Shown: positions 24,464 to 32,000 of the stretch, in pieces
Layout of the letters: every line of letters begins with the position of its first letter
How positions within the stretch are numbered: position 1 is the first letter of the stretch
NCBI GenBank assembly: GCA_963704705.1
Contig: OY969931.1
Location: 270,001-302,000 of the forward strand
Reading direction: 5' to 3'
Origin: an uncultured bacterium
GTDB lineage: Bacteria; Patescibacteriota; Gracilibacteria; UBA1369; PNNO01
DNA length: 32,000 bases
Translations under genes and position numbers: made by a program
Notes under the pieces: model-generated
What the model was told of the DNA's origin: nothing
What the model saw: only the letters and a program-made list of their open reading frames with translations
Database searches by the model: none

Positions 24464-27400
24464 ATGAAAAACCCATTCCTAAAACTAGCGAACTTGCTGT
24501 TCAGAAGTCATGAAAATGACTATCTGTTTGGTGAGAAAAGATTTGCTTATTTTGCCGGATCAAATGGTCCGGAGGATGATGATGATATTGAAAAAGAAGC
24601 TAAAGCTAAAGAACGTAAAGAAGTTCAAAAAGAAGAATTACCGGAAATAATTGAGCCGGAAGTTTTTGAAACAAGATCTGCGGTGGTAGAACAGGTTCAT
24701 TCGTTATTTGATCAGATTGAATATACATTGCCACCTGACGTTGACCCCGGACGGCTTAAAAAAGCCAAAGAAACAGTTAATAAAAATGCTGCAGAAATTG
24801 AAATATATGAAAAGCAATTTGATACAAAAAGTTTGGAATTCACCGGTGAAATGGGTGTTGAATCGACCGAGGAGCTTCAAGATGAGATTTGGAAAGTTTT
24901 GTACAGTGTTGTTCCTGAATTTAAGAACCAAGCTTTAAAGGAGTATAAGAGTTTTAATCCTGATTTGATTCCTCCTACTTTAAGCATGAAACTTAAAAAA
25001 GGTTTGGCTGCAATTTGGAAGAAGAATACCGAAAAAAAGTTAAGTTCGCGATTTTTAAATAAATTTATTGCTGATTCATTAAAAATAATGGATAAGGTTG
25101 CTGAGCATGAATTTGAAATGTTTAAACCAATTATCGAGGTAAAAGAGGTAATGTGGGATATGTATGACCATAGAAAGAAACAAAATGTCGAAGAAATGAT
25201 GCTTAGAGGTGCTATAAATTATTCAGGACTTCCCTTGGAAAAGGGTATGGAATATACGGGTATTGAAAATGTAATTACCGGATGGAAAGAAAATCATGAG
25301 CCAATAGAAGAAAAACATTCTAAGAATTGGGTTGTCACAGATGTATATATTAACAAAGAACGGTTTGTAGATCCTGAAGATCTAAAAAATAAAATAAGAA
25401 TGAAAATGACAGGTGTATGGGTTGCACTTAGCAGCGGCAATCAAGTTTATAGAATGCCAATGAACAGATTGCCGGAATTTATTAATTTGCACAGAATAAA
25501 GCCAATAGTAAAAAATAAAGAAGATTTGTACAATAATGTACCGCATTTAAAAGAAATGAATATTGAGTTAAAACCTGGAATGGAAATAGAATATGATGAT
25601 TGGGTTTACAATAAAGATAAGCAAAAATATGTTGCTGTTCCAAAAAAAGTAAAAATTAAATATTTAGATGATAAAACCGTTAAGCTAGATAAGGAAATTT
25701 CGATATTTATAAGTAATGATCCTGAAGATAGACCCAAGGATGAAGTAAGCTTAGGTGAATTTTCAATTTGGTTAAACAGAAATATTGCAGTTCCAACAAT
25801 GAATGTTGATGAACTAAAAACTAAGCTTAATGAGCACTATGAATTTATGAATACGAAATACAAACGTAATCCGGAATGTCATGATCCGATTGTTTTAGTC
25901 AAAGGTGAAGTGATTTATGCAGATGCTCCGGGAAATCCTCTTTATCAAATAGTTAATGATCCTTTAAGTGATGGTATGGTTAAGTTAAGTCAGGGCTTGC
26001 AATTCACGTTCCCGAAATTCCTGAAATGGGTTTATGAATATGGAATGGAACCTTTTAAACCCGAACTTGAAGCAAACAAGGTTAAATATTATATGAAAGG
26101 TTCTAATCGGGCTGCAGAAAAAGCAATGAAGAATGCGCAGCTTACACAGGATGGCTTCCTTAAAGAAGGAATATGGAGGGACACATTTAAAAAATTAAAA
26201 GAAAAAGGTATTGAAGGCATTCATGATGGACCTGAATTAAATATAAAACAAGATGTCAAAAATACACCTATGAAAGTGAGCCATAGCTTTTTACGTGAAT
26301 TTATAGGTAATACTTATTTAATGGATATAGACAGCATATGGCAATTGTTTAAAACCGGTAAAGAATACTACACTCGTAACTGGAGACGAAGACAAAAAGC
26401 CAGATATTCAGCTATTGGTAAAGGTGTGCCTTGGTTTGCTAACGAGTTCGAACGTATTAACCAGCAAGCTGAAACCGAAGAAATGAATCAGTTCAAAGAA
26501 GCCATGGATCAATGGGGTATCAGGCAGATAGAAGAAACCTTATATGAAACAAATAATAGAGATCAACTTAAAGCTTGTTTTAGTGCATTAGCTGAAAAAG
26601 GACAAATCAGATGGGATGACAGAAGATTGTGGGATGCAATCAATAAGTTTACTGACATCAATCATAAAATTCCAATGCCCGAAGAAGGTCAGGATCCAAA
26701 CACTCCTTTCAGGGAAGGAACAGGTCAGTTATTTCAGGGTATTGATGTGGCGGGCAAGGCTCCGGTTGATTTTATACCTGAAGCACTCGATTCTTTATGG
26801 GGTGAAAGTAGTTATGTCAGCTGGAAACGTCAAAACGATAGTGCTATGGAAGATGGTATTTCTAAATCGTACAACAAAGCGGAAGAATTGGAGAGTGATC
26901 CGAATAATACCGGTGGTATCGCAAAGGAACTTCAAAACCTGCTAGAGCGTCATCTTAGAGGTGAATATGTTGACCCTACTGAGTTTGAAGGAATGTTGCG
27001 CTTCATAGTTGAAAAAGGTAAAGCAGGAGGAAAACATAAAATGTATTATCTTTTAATGGGAACAAGTGCAAAATATCCGCCAGGTGATCCAAACGGACGC
27101 TCAATTATGGGTTGGGACAGGGTTGGTAGATTTATCAGTAAATATTGTAATCAGTTCCCTGCAATGGATTATTTTAGTGCAACTAATACTGATCCAAAAC
27201 GTGATTCTGCAACCGGAGAAATATTTACAAGAGCATGGGTTAAAAAAGATTTCGATTATTTAACAAAACCATGGGTGGATAGATTTGTTCAGACCGGCAA
27301 AGCGGATCCGCCAAGTGATGCAGATAAATTTATGTGGAGAGAAGTACTTACTTCTGACGCTTTCCAGAAGCGTTTGGAAAAAGGTATTAATAATGCGCAA

Positions 27401-28147
27401 AATATTGACCATGACGATTCGCCATACTTTATACCCGCGCTTAAAGAATCAGCAATTGAAACAGCTTGCGCGGCAACAGGTGGAGAAACTAAGAAATTCA
27501 CAATCCAGGGTTATAAAAATGCATATATCGGTTTTGGCTTAAGAATGAGAAGTCTTAAAGAAAAATATGATGAAGAATCTGGTTTCAAAGCAAAAGGGCA
27601 AGTGTCATTTGAAAATCAATTTTTACAAAAACTTGTTTCAACTTTTCAATCATATATGAGATACGACAGTATTTTGGATAATCGTTATAGAAGACGTGAA
27701 GAATCAAGGCTTCAGAGATTTAGTTCGCACGATTACAGATCAGGTTGTATATGGGATGCAAACAGAGCACTTTTGACTTATAAAGATGAAATGCGAGATT
27801 TAATAAAAGAAATAGCACGGGCATATGGTGAAGGTGAAAATAAAGATTTGATAGAAACTCCATTCAAACGGTTGCCTTCTACAAAAGGAAACCCTGGTTT
27901 AGAGAGTGAACAAAAGAAAATCGAGCAATCAATTGAAAATTTCAGTGAAACATTTGAAAAAATGGTAATGAAAGATGGAGGTAGAAAATTTTTAAGGATA
28001 ATTCAGGATCACAAATTCGAATCAGAAAAACTTGGTGATTTGAAACAGGAAGATCTTATCCGAAACAGGATGAATATGGAGGTAATGGAAGGTATGCGCA
28101 CGCGGGAAGCAGAAGAAGCTACAATTTCTGAAAATCAGGAAGAGTAA
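24464..28147 (+). CDS. Uncharacterised 1227-aa soluble acidic protein
   Basis: A 3.7-kb uninterrupted ORF, the longest in the window. It has no signal peptide or TM and an acidic N-terminal linker (EDDDDIEKEAKAKERKEVQKEELPEIIEPE). I found no P-loop, HExxH, HNH, CxxC or other recognisable motif. Confidence 0.8.
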   Translation: MKNPFLKLANLLFRSHENDYLFGEKRFAYFAGSNGPEDDDDIEKEAKAKERKEVQKEELPEIIEPEVFETRSAVVEQVHSLFDQIEYTLPPDVDPGRLKKAKETVNKNAAEIEIYEKQFDTKSLEFTGEMGVESTEELQDEIWKVLYSVVPEFKNQALKEYKSFNPDLIPPTLSMKLKKGLAAIWKKNTEKKLSSRFLNKFIADSLKIMDKVAEHEFEMFKPIIEVKEVMWDMYDHRKKQNVEEMMLRGAINYSGLPLEKGMEYTGIENVITGWKENHEPIEEKHSKNWVVTDVYINKERFVDPEDLKNKIRMKMTGVWVALSSGNQVYRMPMNRLPEFINLHRIKPIVKNKEDLYNNVPHLKEMNIELKPGMEIEYDDWVYNKDKQKYVAVPKKVKIKYLDDKTVKLDKEISIFISNDPEDRPKDEVSLGEFSIWLNRNIAVPTMNVDELKTKLNEHYEFMNTKYKRNPECHDPIVLVKGEVIYADAPGNPLYQIVNDPLSDGMVKLSQGLQFTFPKFLKWVYEYGMEPFKPELEANKVKYYMKGSNRAAEKAMKNAQLTQDGFLKEGIWRDTFKKLKEKGIEGIHDGPELNIKQDVKNTPMKVSHSFLREFIGNTYLMDIDSIWQLFKTGKEYYTRNWRRRQKARYSAIGKGVPWFANEFERINQQAETEEMNQFKEAMDQWGIRQIEETLYETNNRDQLKACFSALAEKGQIRWDDRRLWDAINKFTDINHKIPMPEEGQDPNTPFREGTGQLFQGIDVAGKAPVDFIPEALDSLWGESSYVSWKRQNDSAMEDGISKSYNKAEELESDPNNTGGIAKELQNLLERHLRGEYVDPTEFEGMLRFIVEKGKAGGKHKMYYLLMGTSAKYPPGDPNGRSIMGWDRVGRFISKYCNQFPAMDYFSATNTDPKRDSATGEIFTRAWVKKDFDYLTKPWVDRFVQTGKADPPSDADKFMWREVLTSDAFQKRLEKGINNAQNIDHDDSPYFIPALKESAIETACAATGGETKKFTIQGYKNAYIGFGLRMRSLKEKYDEESGFKAKGQVSFENQFLQKLVSTFQSYMRYDSILDNRYRRREESRLQRFSSHDYRSGCIWDANRALLTYKDEMRDLIKEIARAYGEGENKDLIETPFKRLPSTKGNPGLESEQKKIEQSIENFSETFEKMVMKDGGRKFLRIIQDHKFESEKLGDLKQEDLIRNRMNMEVMEGMRTREAEEATISENQEE

Positions 28148-28163
28148 GAACAATGGTTTACCT

Positions 28164-29942
28164 TTATTTTCGTTCTTTGATTTCTTTTACAAGCTTTTTC
28201 ATGAAGCTGTCAGCTTTATATCCGGTCTGCTTTTTAGTTTTGTAGTCTCTTATCGCTAATTCTTTTGCTTCAACTTCTTTGTCTCCAATTACAGCCATAT
28301 AAGGGATTTTTTTCATTTCAGCTTCTCGGATTCTTTTTCCTAAGGTTACATCCGATGGCATGATTAAAGTTCGTACGCCCATTTCAGCGAATTTTTGCAT
28401 TATTTCTTCTGCGTATTTTTCATGTGGTTGAGCAACAGGTAAAAATGCAATTTGCATCGGCGACATCCATGCCGGAAAAGCACCCGCATAGTGCTCAATC
28501 AAAAACCCAATCATTCTTTCATGTGTTGAGAGCGGTGCTCTGTGAATACAAATTGGTGTTTTTTCCTGACCGTCTTTATCTGTGTAAGTTAGATTAAATC
28601 GCATTGGTACTGCAAAATCGAGCTGATTCGTAGCAAGAGTAAATTCACGGCCGATTACACTCCAAACCTGTACATCGATCTTTGGTCCGTAAAAAGCAGC
28701 TTCATCTTCAGCTTCAACAAATGGAACTTTTAATTTTTTTAATACTTTGCGAACCAGATCTTCGGTTTTAATCCATAGGTCTTCATTGTCTACATACTTT
28801 TTGCCCAATCCTTCTTTTGCGTGTTTAGAAAGCCGCATTTCGTATTTTTCAATTCCAAAAATATCAAAATATTCAAGATATAATTGGATTACTTTTGCAA
28901 ACTCATCTTCAAATTGTTCTTCAGTACAGTAAATATGAGCATCATTCATAGCCATTGATCTAACTCTCATCAAACCGAATAAAGCTCCTGAATCCTCATA
29001 TCTGTAACAATGGCCATATTCTGCAAGGCGCAAAGGCAGGTCTTTGTAACTTTTTGGAACTGCAGCATAAATTTTATGATGATGTGGACAATTCATTGCT
29101 TTTAAATAGTATTTCTCATTATCCAGATCCATTGAAGGGAACATACTTGCTTCATAATATGGCAGATGACCTGACCTGTGGTACAAAGCGTCTTTAGCAA
29201 TGTGAGGAGAACGTACGCGCTTATAACCCTGCTCTGCTTCTTTTTCTTTTGCCAGATTTTCAAGTTCATCAGCGATTATTGTTCCGTTTGGAAGCCATAA
29301 TGGAAGGCCAGCTCCAACTTCTTCGTCAAATGTGAATAGTTCGAGTTCTTTGCCGAGTTTTCTGTGGTCGCGTTTTTTGGCTTCCTCAAGCTGTTTTAGG
29401 TAGTCGTCGAGTTCTTTTTGTGTTTCAAAACAAACTCCGTAAATTCTTTGAAGCATTGGATTTTCTTCAGTTCCTTTCCAGTAAGCACCAGCAACATGTG
29501 TAAGCTTAAATGCCTTTATTTTGCCTGTTGATTCAACATGCGGACCTTCACACATATCAACAAAAGTTCCTTCTCCTTTTTGATCAACATTCTCAAAAAA
29601 TTGAATTTCTTTTTCACCTGCTTTTCCCAGGTCATTTGCAGCTTCAACTTTATAATCCTGTTTTATTGTCTTTAAAAATTCAACTGACTCTTTTACTGGT
29701 TTTACGTATTTTTTAAATTTCTGATTTTGTTTGATTATATGCTTCATTTTCTTCTCAATAAGCGGCAAATCTTCAGGAATCAAAGTTCGTGGCAGCTCAA
29801 AGTCATAATAAAATCCGTTTTCAATAGCCGGACCAAACCCCAGTTTAGCCTCAGGGAACATTTCAAGAACCGCTTGTGCAAGCACATGAGCGCATGAATG
29901 ACGCATTTTTTCTAAATCCGCAGAAGCCGATGTTTTTTTCAT
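28164..29942 (-). CDS. thrS: Threonine--tRNA ligase (lacks N-terminal TGS domain)
   Basis: 592 aa. It starts ~13 aa before the editing-domain HxxxH (RHSCAHVLAQAV). Class II catalytic motifs (YRYEDSGALFGLMRVR, FTLATNQLDF) and an anticodon-binding domain are present. Confidence 0.95.
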   Translation of the reverse strand: MKKTSASADLEKMRHSCAHVLAQAVLEMFPEAKLGFGPAIENGFYYDFELPRTLIPEDLPLIEKKMKHIIKQNQKFKKYVKPVKESVEFLKTIKQDYKVEAANDLGKAGEKEIQFFENVDQKGEGTFVDMCEGPHVESTGKIKAFKLTHVAGAYWKGTEENPMLQRIYGVCFETQKELDDYLKQLEEAKKRDHRKLGKELELFTFDEEVGAGLPLWLPNGTIIADELENLAKEKEAEQGYKRVRSPHIAKDALYHRSGHLPYYEASMFPSMDLDNEKYYLKAMNCPHHHKIYAAVPKSYKDLPLRLAEYGHCYRYEDSGALFGLMRVRSMAMNDAHIYCTEEQFEDEFAKVIQLYLEYFDIFGIEKYEMRLSKHAKEGLGKKYVDNEDLWIKTEDLVRKVLKKLKVPFVEAEDEAAFYGPKIDVQVWSVIGREFTLATNQLDFAVPMRFNLTYTDKDGQEKTPICIHRAPLSTHERMIGFLIEHYAGAFPAWMSPMQIAFLPVAQPHEKYAEEIMQKFAEMGVRTLIMPSDVTLGKRIREAEMKKIPYMAVIGDKEVEAKELAIRDYKTKKQTGYKADSFMKKLVKEIKERK

Positions 29943-29990
29943 AAAAAGTTTATTATTTTTACTTATAAAAAATAGCTAACTTATGGCTTA

Positions 29991-30020
29991 TTGTCAAAAT
30001 TAAAGCCTTTAATGTATTAT
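29991..30020 (+). promoter_or_regulatory. Promoter candidate for recF (TTGTCA-18 nt-TATTAT)
   Basis: TTGTCA at 29991-29996 and TATTAT at 30015-30020, lying 60 nt upstream of the recF ATG. Confidence 0.35.
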
Positions 30021-30079
30021 GGAAATCACTGAGTGATCTTGGATCACTTAGTAATTCAGGATTACCGAGTAATTTAAGT

Positions 30080-31165
30080 ATGAAAATTAAATCCATAAAA
30101 CTCGAAAATTTCAGAAACTATGAAAAGCTTGAACTTGAGCTTAATACCGATAAAAACGTTAATCTTTTCATTGGTGATAATGCTCAGGGTAAAACCAATT
30201 TTCTGGAAGCAATAACGGTATTATCACTTGCTAAATCATTCAGGGCAAGCAAACACGAGGCAATGATTAAATGGGGAACTGATTATGCAAGAATTGTTGG
30301 GAATTTTGATAACACTGAACTTGAATTTTTTGTGAGCAAACAGCCGAAACAATTGAAAAATCTCAAAAAAAATGGAGTTAATGTCGCTGTTAAAGATTTT
30401 ATAGGGCAATTAAATATTGTTTTGTTTCATCCTGAAGATTTAAACATGCTTTATCTTTCACCGAGTCTTAGACGTCAATATATAAATACTGTTTTGTCGC
30501 AGGTCGATCCCCTTTATTTTGATTCTCTCGTTCAATATAACCGATTATTAAAACAAAGGAATAAAGCGTTATTTTTAATCACAATTGGCAAAGCAAAACA
30601 TACTGAACTTGATGCCTGGGATGAAAAATTGGCTGAATACGGCTCATATATTTATAAAAAAAGAATTGAATTTGTAGAATATTTTAATAAACCGTGCGCG
30701 GATAATTATCATAAAATCTCTGATACAAAAGAAAAGATTAATCTTTCTTATACTTGTTCATTCAAAGCTCCGCATACTGAAAAGGACGATTATATGGATG
30801 CACTTGAAGAAAATCGTGAGTCAGATATTACATATCAACAAACTAGAAAAGGCATTCATCGTGATGATATTGAGTTCTTTTTTAATGATAAAAATGTTAA
30901 TGACTTTGCTTCCCGTGGTGAAATGAGGACTTTGCTTATTGCATTAAAGTTAACTGAAATGGCTTTTATTGAAGATCAAACCGGAAATAAGCCAATATTG
31001 CTGCTTGATGATGTCTTCTCGGAATTGGATAAAAAACGACAGAATTTTTTAATTGAGGCTGTTTCAACACATCAATCATTTATTACTGCAACCCATCACG
31101 AATTATCGTTTAAAATATCGGATATTTTTAATGTCAAAGCTTCCGAAATTCATAAGATCCAATAA
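30080..31165 (+). CDS. recF: DNA replication and repair protein RecF
   Basis: 361 aa. The N-terminal IKSIKLENFRNYEKLELEL...LFIGDNAQGKTNFLEAI contains the Walker A motif. The C-terminal LLLDDVFSELD is the Walker B/D-loop. Confidence 0.9.
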   Translation: MKIKSIKLENFRNYEKLELELNTDKNVNLFIGDNAQGKTNFLEAITVLSLAKSFRASKHEAMIKWGTDYARIVGNFDNTELEFFVSKQPKQLKNLKKNGVNVAVKDFIGQLNIVLFHPEDLNMLYLSPSLRRQYINTVLSQVDPLYFDSLVQYNRLLKQRNKALFLITIGKAKHTELDAWDEKLAEYGSYIYKKRIEFVEYFNKPCADNYHKISDTKEKINLSYTCSFKAPHTEKDDYMDALEENRESDITYQQTRKGIHRDDIEFFFNDKNVNDFASRGEMRTLLIALKLTEMAFIEDQTGNKPILLLDDVFSELDKKRQNFLIEAVSTHQSFITATHHELSFKISDIFNVKASEIHKIQ

Positions 31166-31205
31166 GGTTTATTGATTACTGCTGTTTGCGAAAACCTTTA
31201 TTTTA
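31164..31205 (+). terminator. Weak hairpin plus T-rich tract after recF (possible terminator, overlaps the next promoter)
   Basis: AAGGTTT at 31164-31170 pairs with AAACCTT at 31192-31198 (7 bp, 21-nt loop), followed by tattttat. The stem is AT-rich and the loop is large, so support is weak. Confidence 0.25.
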
Positions 31206-31214
31206 TGCTATAAT
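31186..31214 (+). promoter_or_regulatory. Extended -10 promoter candidate (TTGCGA-17 nt-TGcTATAAT)
   Basis: TTGCGA at 31186-31191, TG at 31206-31207 and a perfect TATAAT at 31209-31214, lying 43 nt upstream of the ATG at 31257. Confidence 0.45.
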
Positions 31215-31256
31215 TTAGAAAATACATATAAATATAAAAAATTGGAAGTTTATAAT

Positions 31257-32000
31257 ATGTCAAAAATCGGGATACTTGCAGTTTCTATTTTATTGGCATT
31301 TGTACCAATAATAATGTGGGGATGGCACTTTTTGAAAAAACATTCCGAAGTACGCAGAATGGTGATTTTGACTTTCATTGCGGGTGCTTTGTCTGTTACT
31401 CCGCTATTATTATATAAATTTTTGTGGAATTTCTTTCCATGGATTAATGCCTTTATTTGGACCAGAAATTTAAATGTGGATATTATTGGTTTATCTTCTG
31501 TCATGATTGTTCCTTTATCTGTTTTGGTAACTTTTTTATTGGTTGGTGTAATTGAAGAAGTTTCCAAGATTTCAGCAGTTAAATTCATGGATAAAGATAA
31601 ATTCAGAAATGTTGATGATGCTATTGAATTCGCGATTATAGCCGGACTTGGCTTTGCTTTCATTGAAAATGCGATTTATTTTTACAATATAATAATGAGC
31701 AGAGGTTTTGATGATTTTGTTTTCCCATTTGTGTTCAGATCTCTTTTTTCAACATTTGCTCATGTAATGTTTAGTGGAATTTTTGGATATTTTTATGGAG
31801 TTGCTCATTTTGCAGATCCGATACTTAAAAAAGAACTGCGTGAAAAACGGCATCCAATATTGCAATTTCTGCATAAATATATGCATATAAAACGCAGAGT
31901 CATGTTTCATGACGAAATGATCCTTGAAGGATTAATTGTCGCTGCAACTCTGCATGGATTTTTTAATATCATCCTTGAAATGGAATGGATATTTGCGATA
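31257..32000 (+). CDS. prsW: PrsW-family intramembrane metalloprotease (partial; runs off the right edge)
   Basis: Absent from the ORF track because there is no stop in the window. The frame is open for 248 codons from ATG 31257: MSKIGILAVSILLAFVPIIMWGWHFLKKH...LLVGVIEEVSKISAV...GLGFAFIENAIYFY...FRSLFSTFAHVMFSGIFGYFYG...ATLHGFFNI. It is polytopic and has the PrsW EExxK, FxxxEN and conserved His motifs. Confidence 0.8.
   Translation, partial: MSKIGILAVSILLAFVPIIMWGWHFLKKHSEVRRMVILTFIAGALSVTPLLLYKFLWNFFPWINAFIWTRNLNVDIIGLSSVMIVPLSVLVTFLLVGVIEEVSKISAVKFMDKDKFRNVDDAIEFAIIAGLGFAFIENAIYFYNIIMSRGFDDFVFPFVFRSLFSTFAHVMFSGIFGYFYGVAHFADPILKKELREKRHPILQFLHKYMHIKRRVMFHDEMILEGLIVAATLHGFFNIILEMEWIFAI

Noticed and set aside
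24704-24938. A pair of ~75-aa ORFs on opposite strands, plus further small ORFs at 26616-27542
   Set aside because: All are nested inside the uninterrupted 3.7-kb ORF 24464-28147, with no independent start context. They are treated as shadow ORFs.
18437-28147. Calling the operon a type IV secretion or conjugation system
   Set aside because: Only the topology of the 776-aa protein resembles VirB6/TrbL. I saw no VirB4/VirD4-type P-loop ATPase, relaxase, VirB8/TcpC-like protein or pilin gene, and no Walker A motif in any of the four large proteins.
17543-28147. A prophage, ICE or genomic island delimited by the HNH gene
   Set aside because: There is no integrase, recombinase, terminase, portal or capsid gene, no flanking tRNA and no direct repeats at the borders that I could find. 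Base composition and the SD-less start context look the same as in the flanking housekeeping genes.
31250-31663. 137-aa minus-strand ORF from the track
   Set aside because: It is antisense to a 248-codon open frame (31257 to the window end) that carries clear PrsW-family motifs. The minus-strand product is low-complexity and has no promoter context.

Overview
This window is visibly AT-rich and very gene-dense. All initiation regions lack Shine-Dalgarno sequences, and the standard genetic code applies because TGA is used as a stop. Gene content is bacterial (YidD, UppP, RecF, S6/S18, LysM-M23 peptidase, bacterial ThrRS). It also carries several archaeal-flavoured genes: two PurP paralogs, a split transketolase, a GyaR-like reductase and a TrmB regulator. 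That mix fits a reduced-genome, CPR/Patescibacteria-like organism, but the taxonomy is inference. Order of features: (1) A four-gene, translationally coupled minus-strand operon at 1-3306: split transketolase, class-I aminotransferase and 2-hydroxyacid dehydrogenase. (2) A small acidic protein, a 113-nt extended hairpin and a radical SAM enzyme at 3513-4984. (3) A nucleotidyltransferase-LbH protein and two PurP-like ATP-grasp genes at 4993-8510. (4) A TrmB-like regulator, a LysM-M23 peptidase, yidD, purH, uppP, two tiny paralog-like ORFs, rpsF (extended), rpsR and purL at 8655-17460. (5) An HNH/DUF222-like gene. (6) The standout: a five-gene operon at 18437-28147 (about 9.7 kb) with its own promoter-like element. 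It encodes a 2-TM bPH-like protein plus four large proteins of 569, 483, 776 and 1227 aa in which I can recognise no catalytic or family motif. They appear to be membrane-anchored with most of their mass cytoplasmic. (7) thrS (minus strand, no TGS domain), recF, and a partial PrsW-family protease running off the right edge. No rRNA, tRNA, CRISPR array, transposase or integrase was seen.
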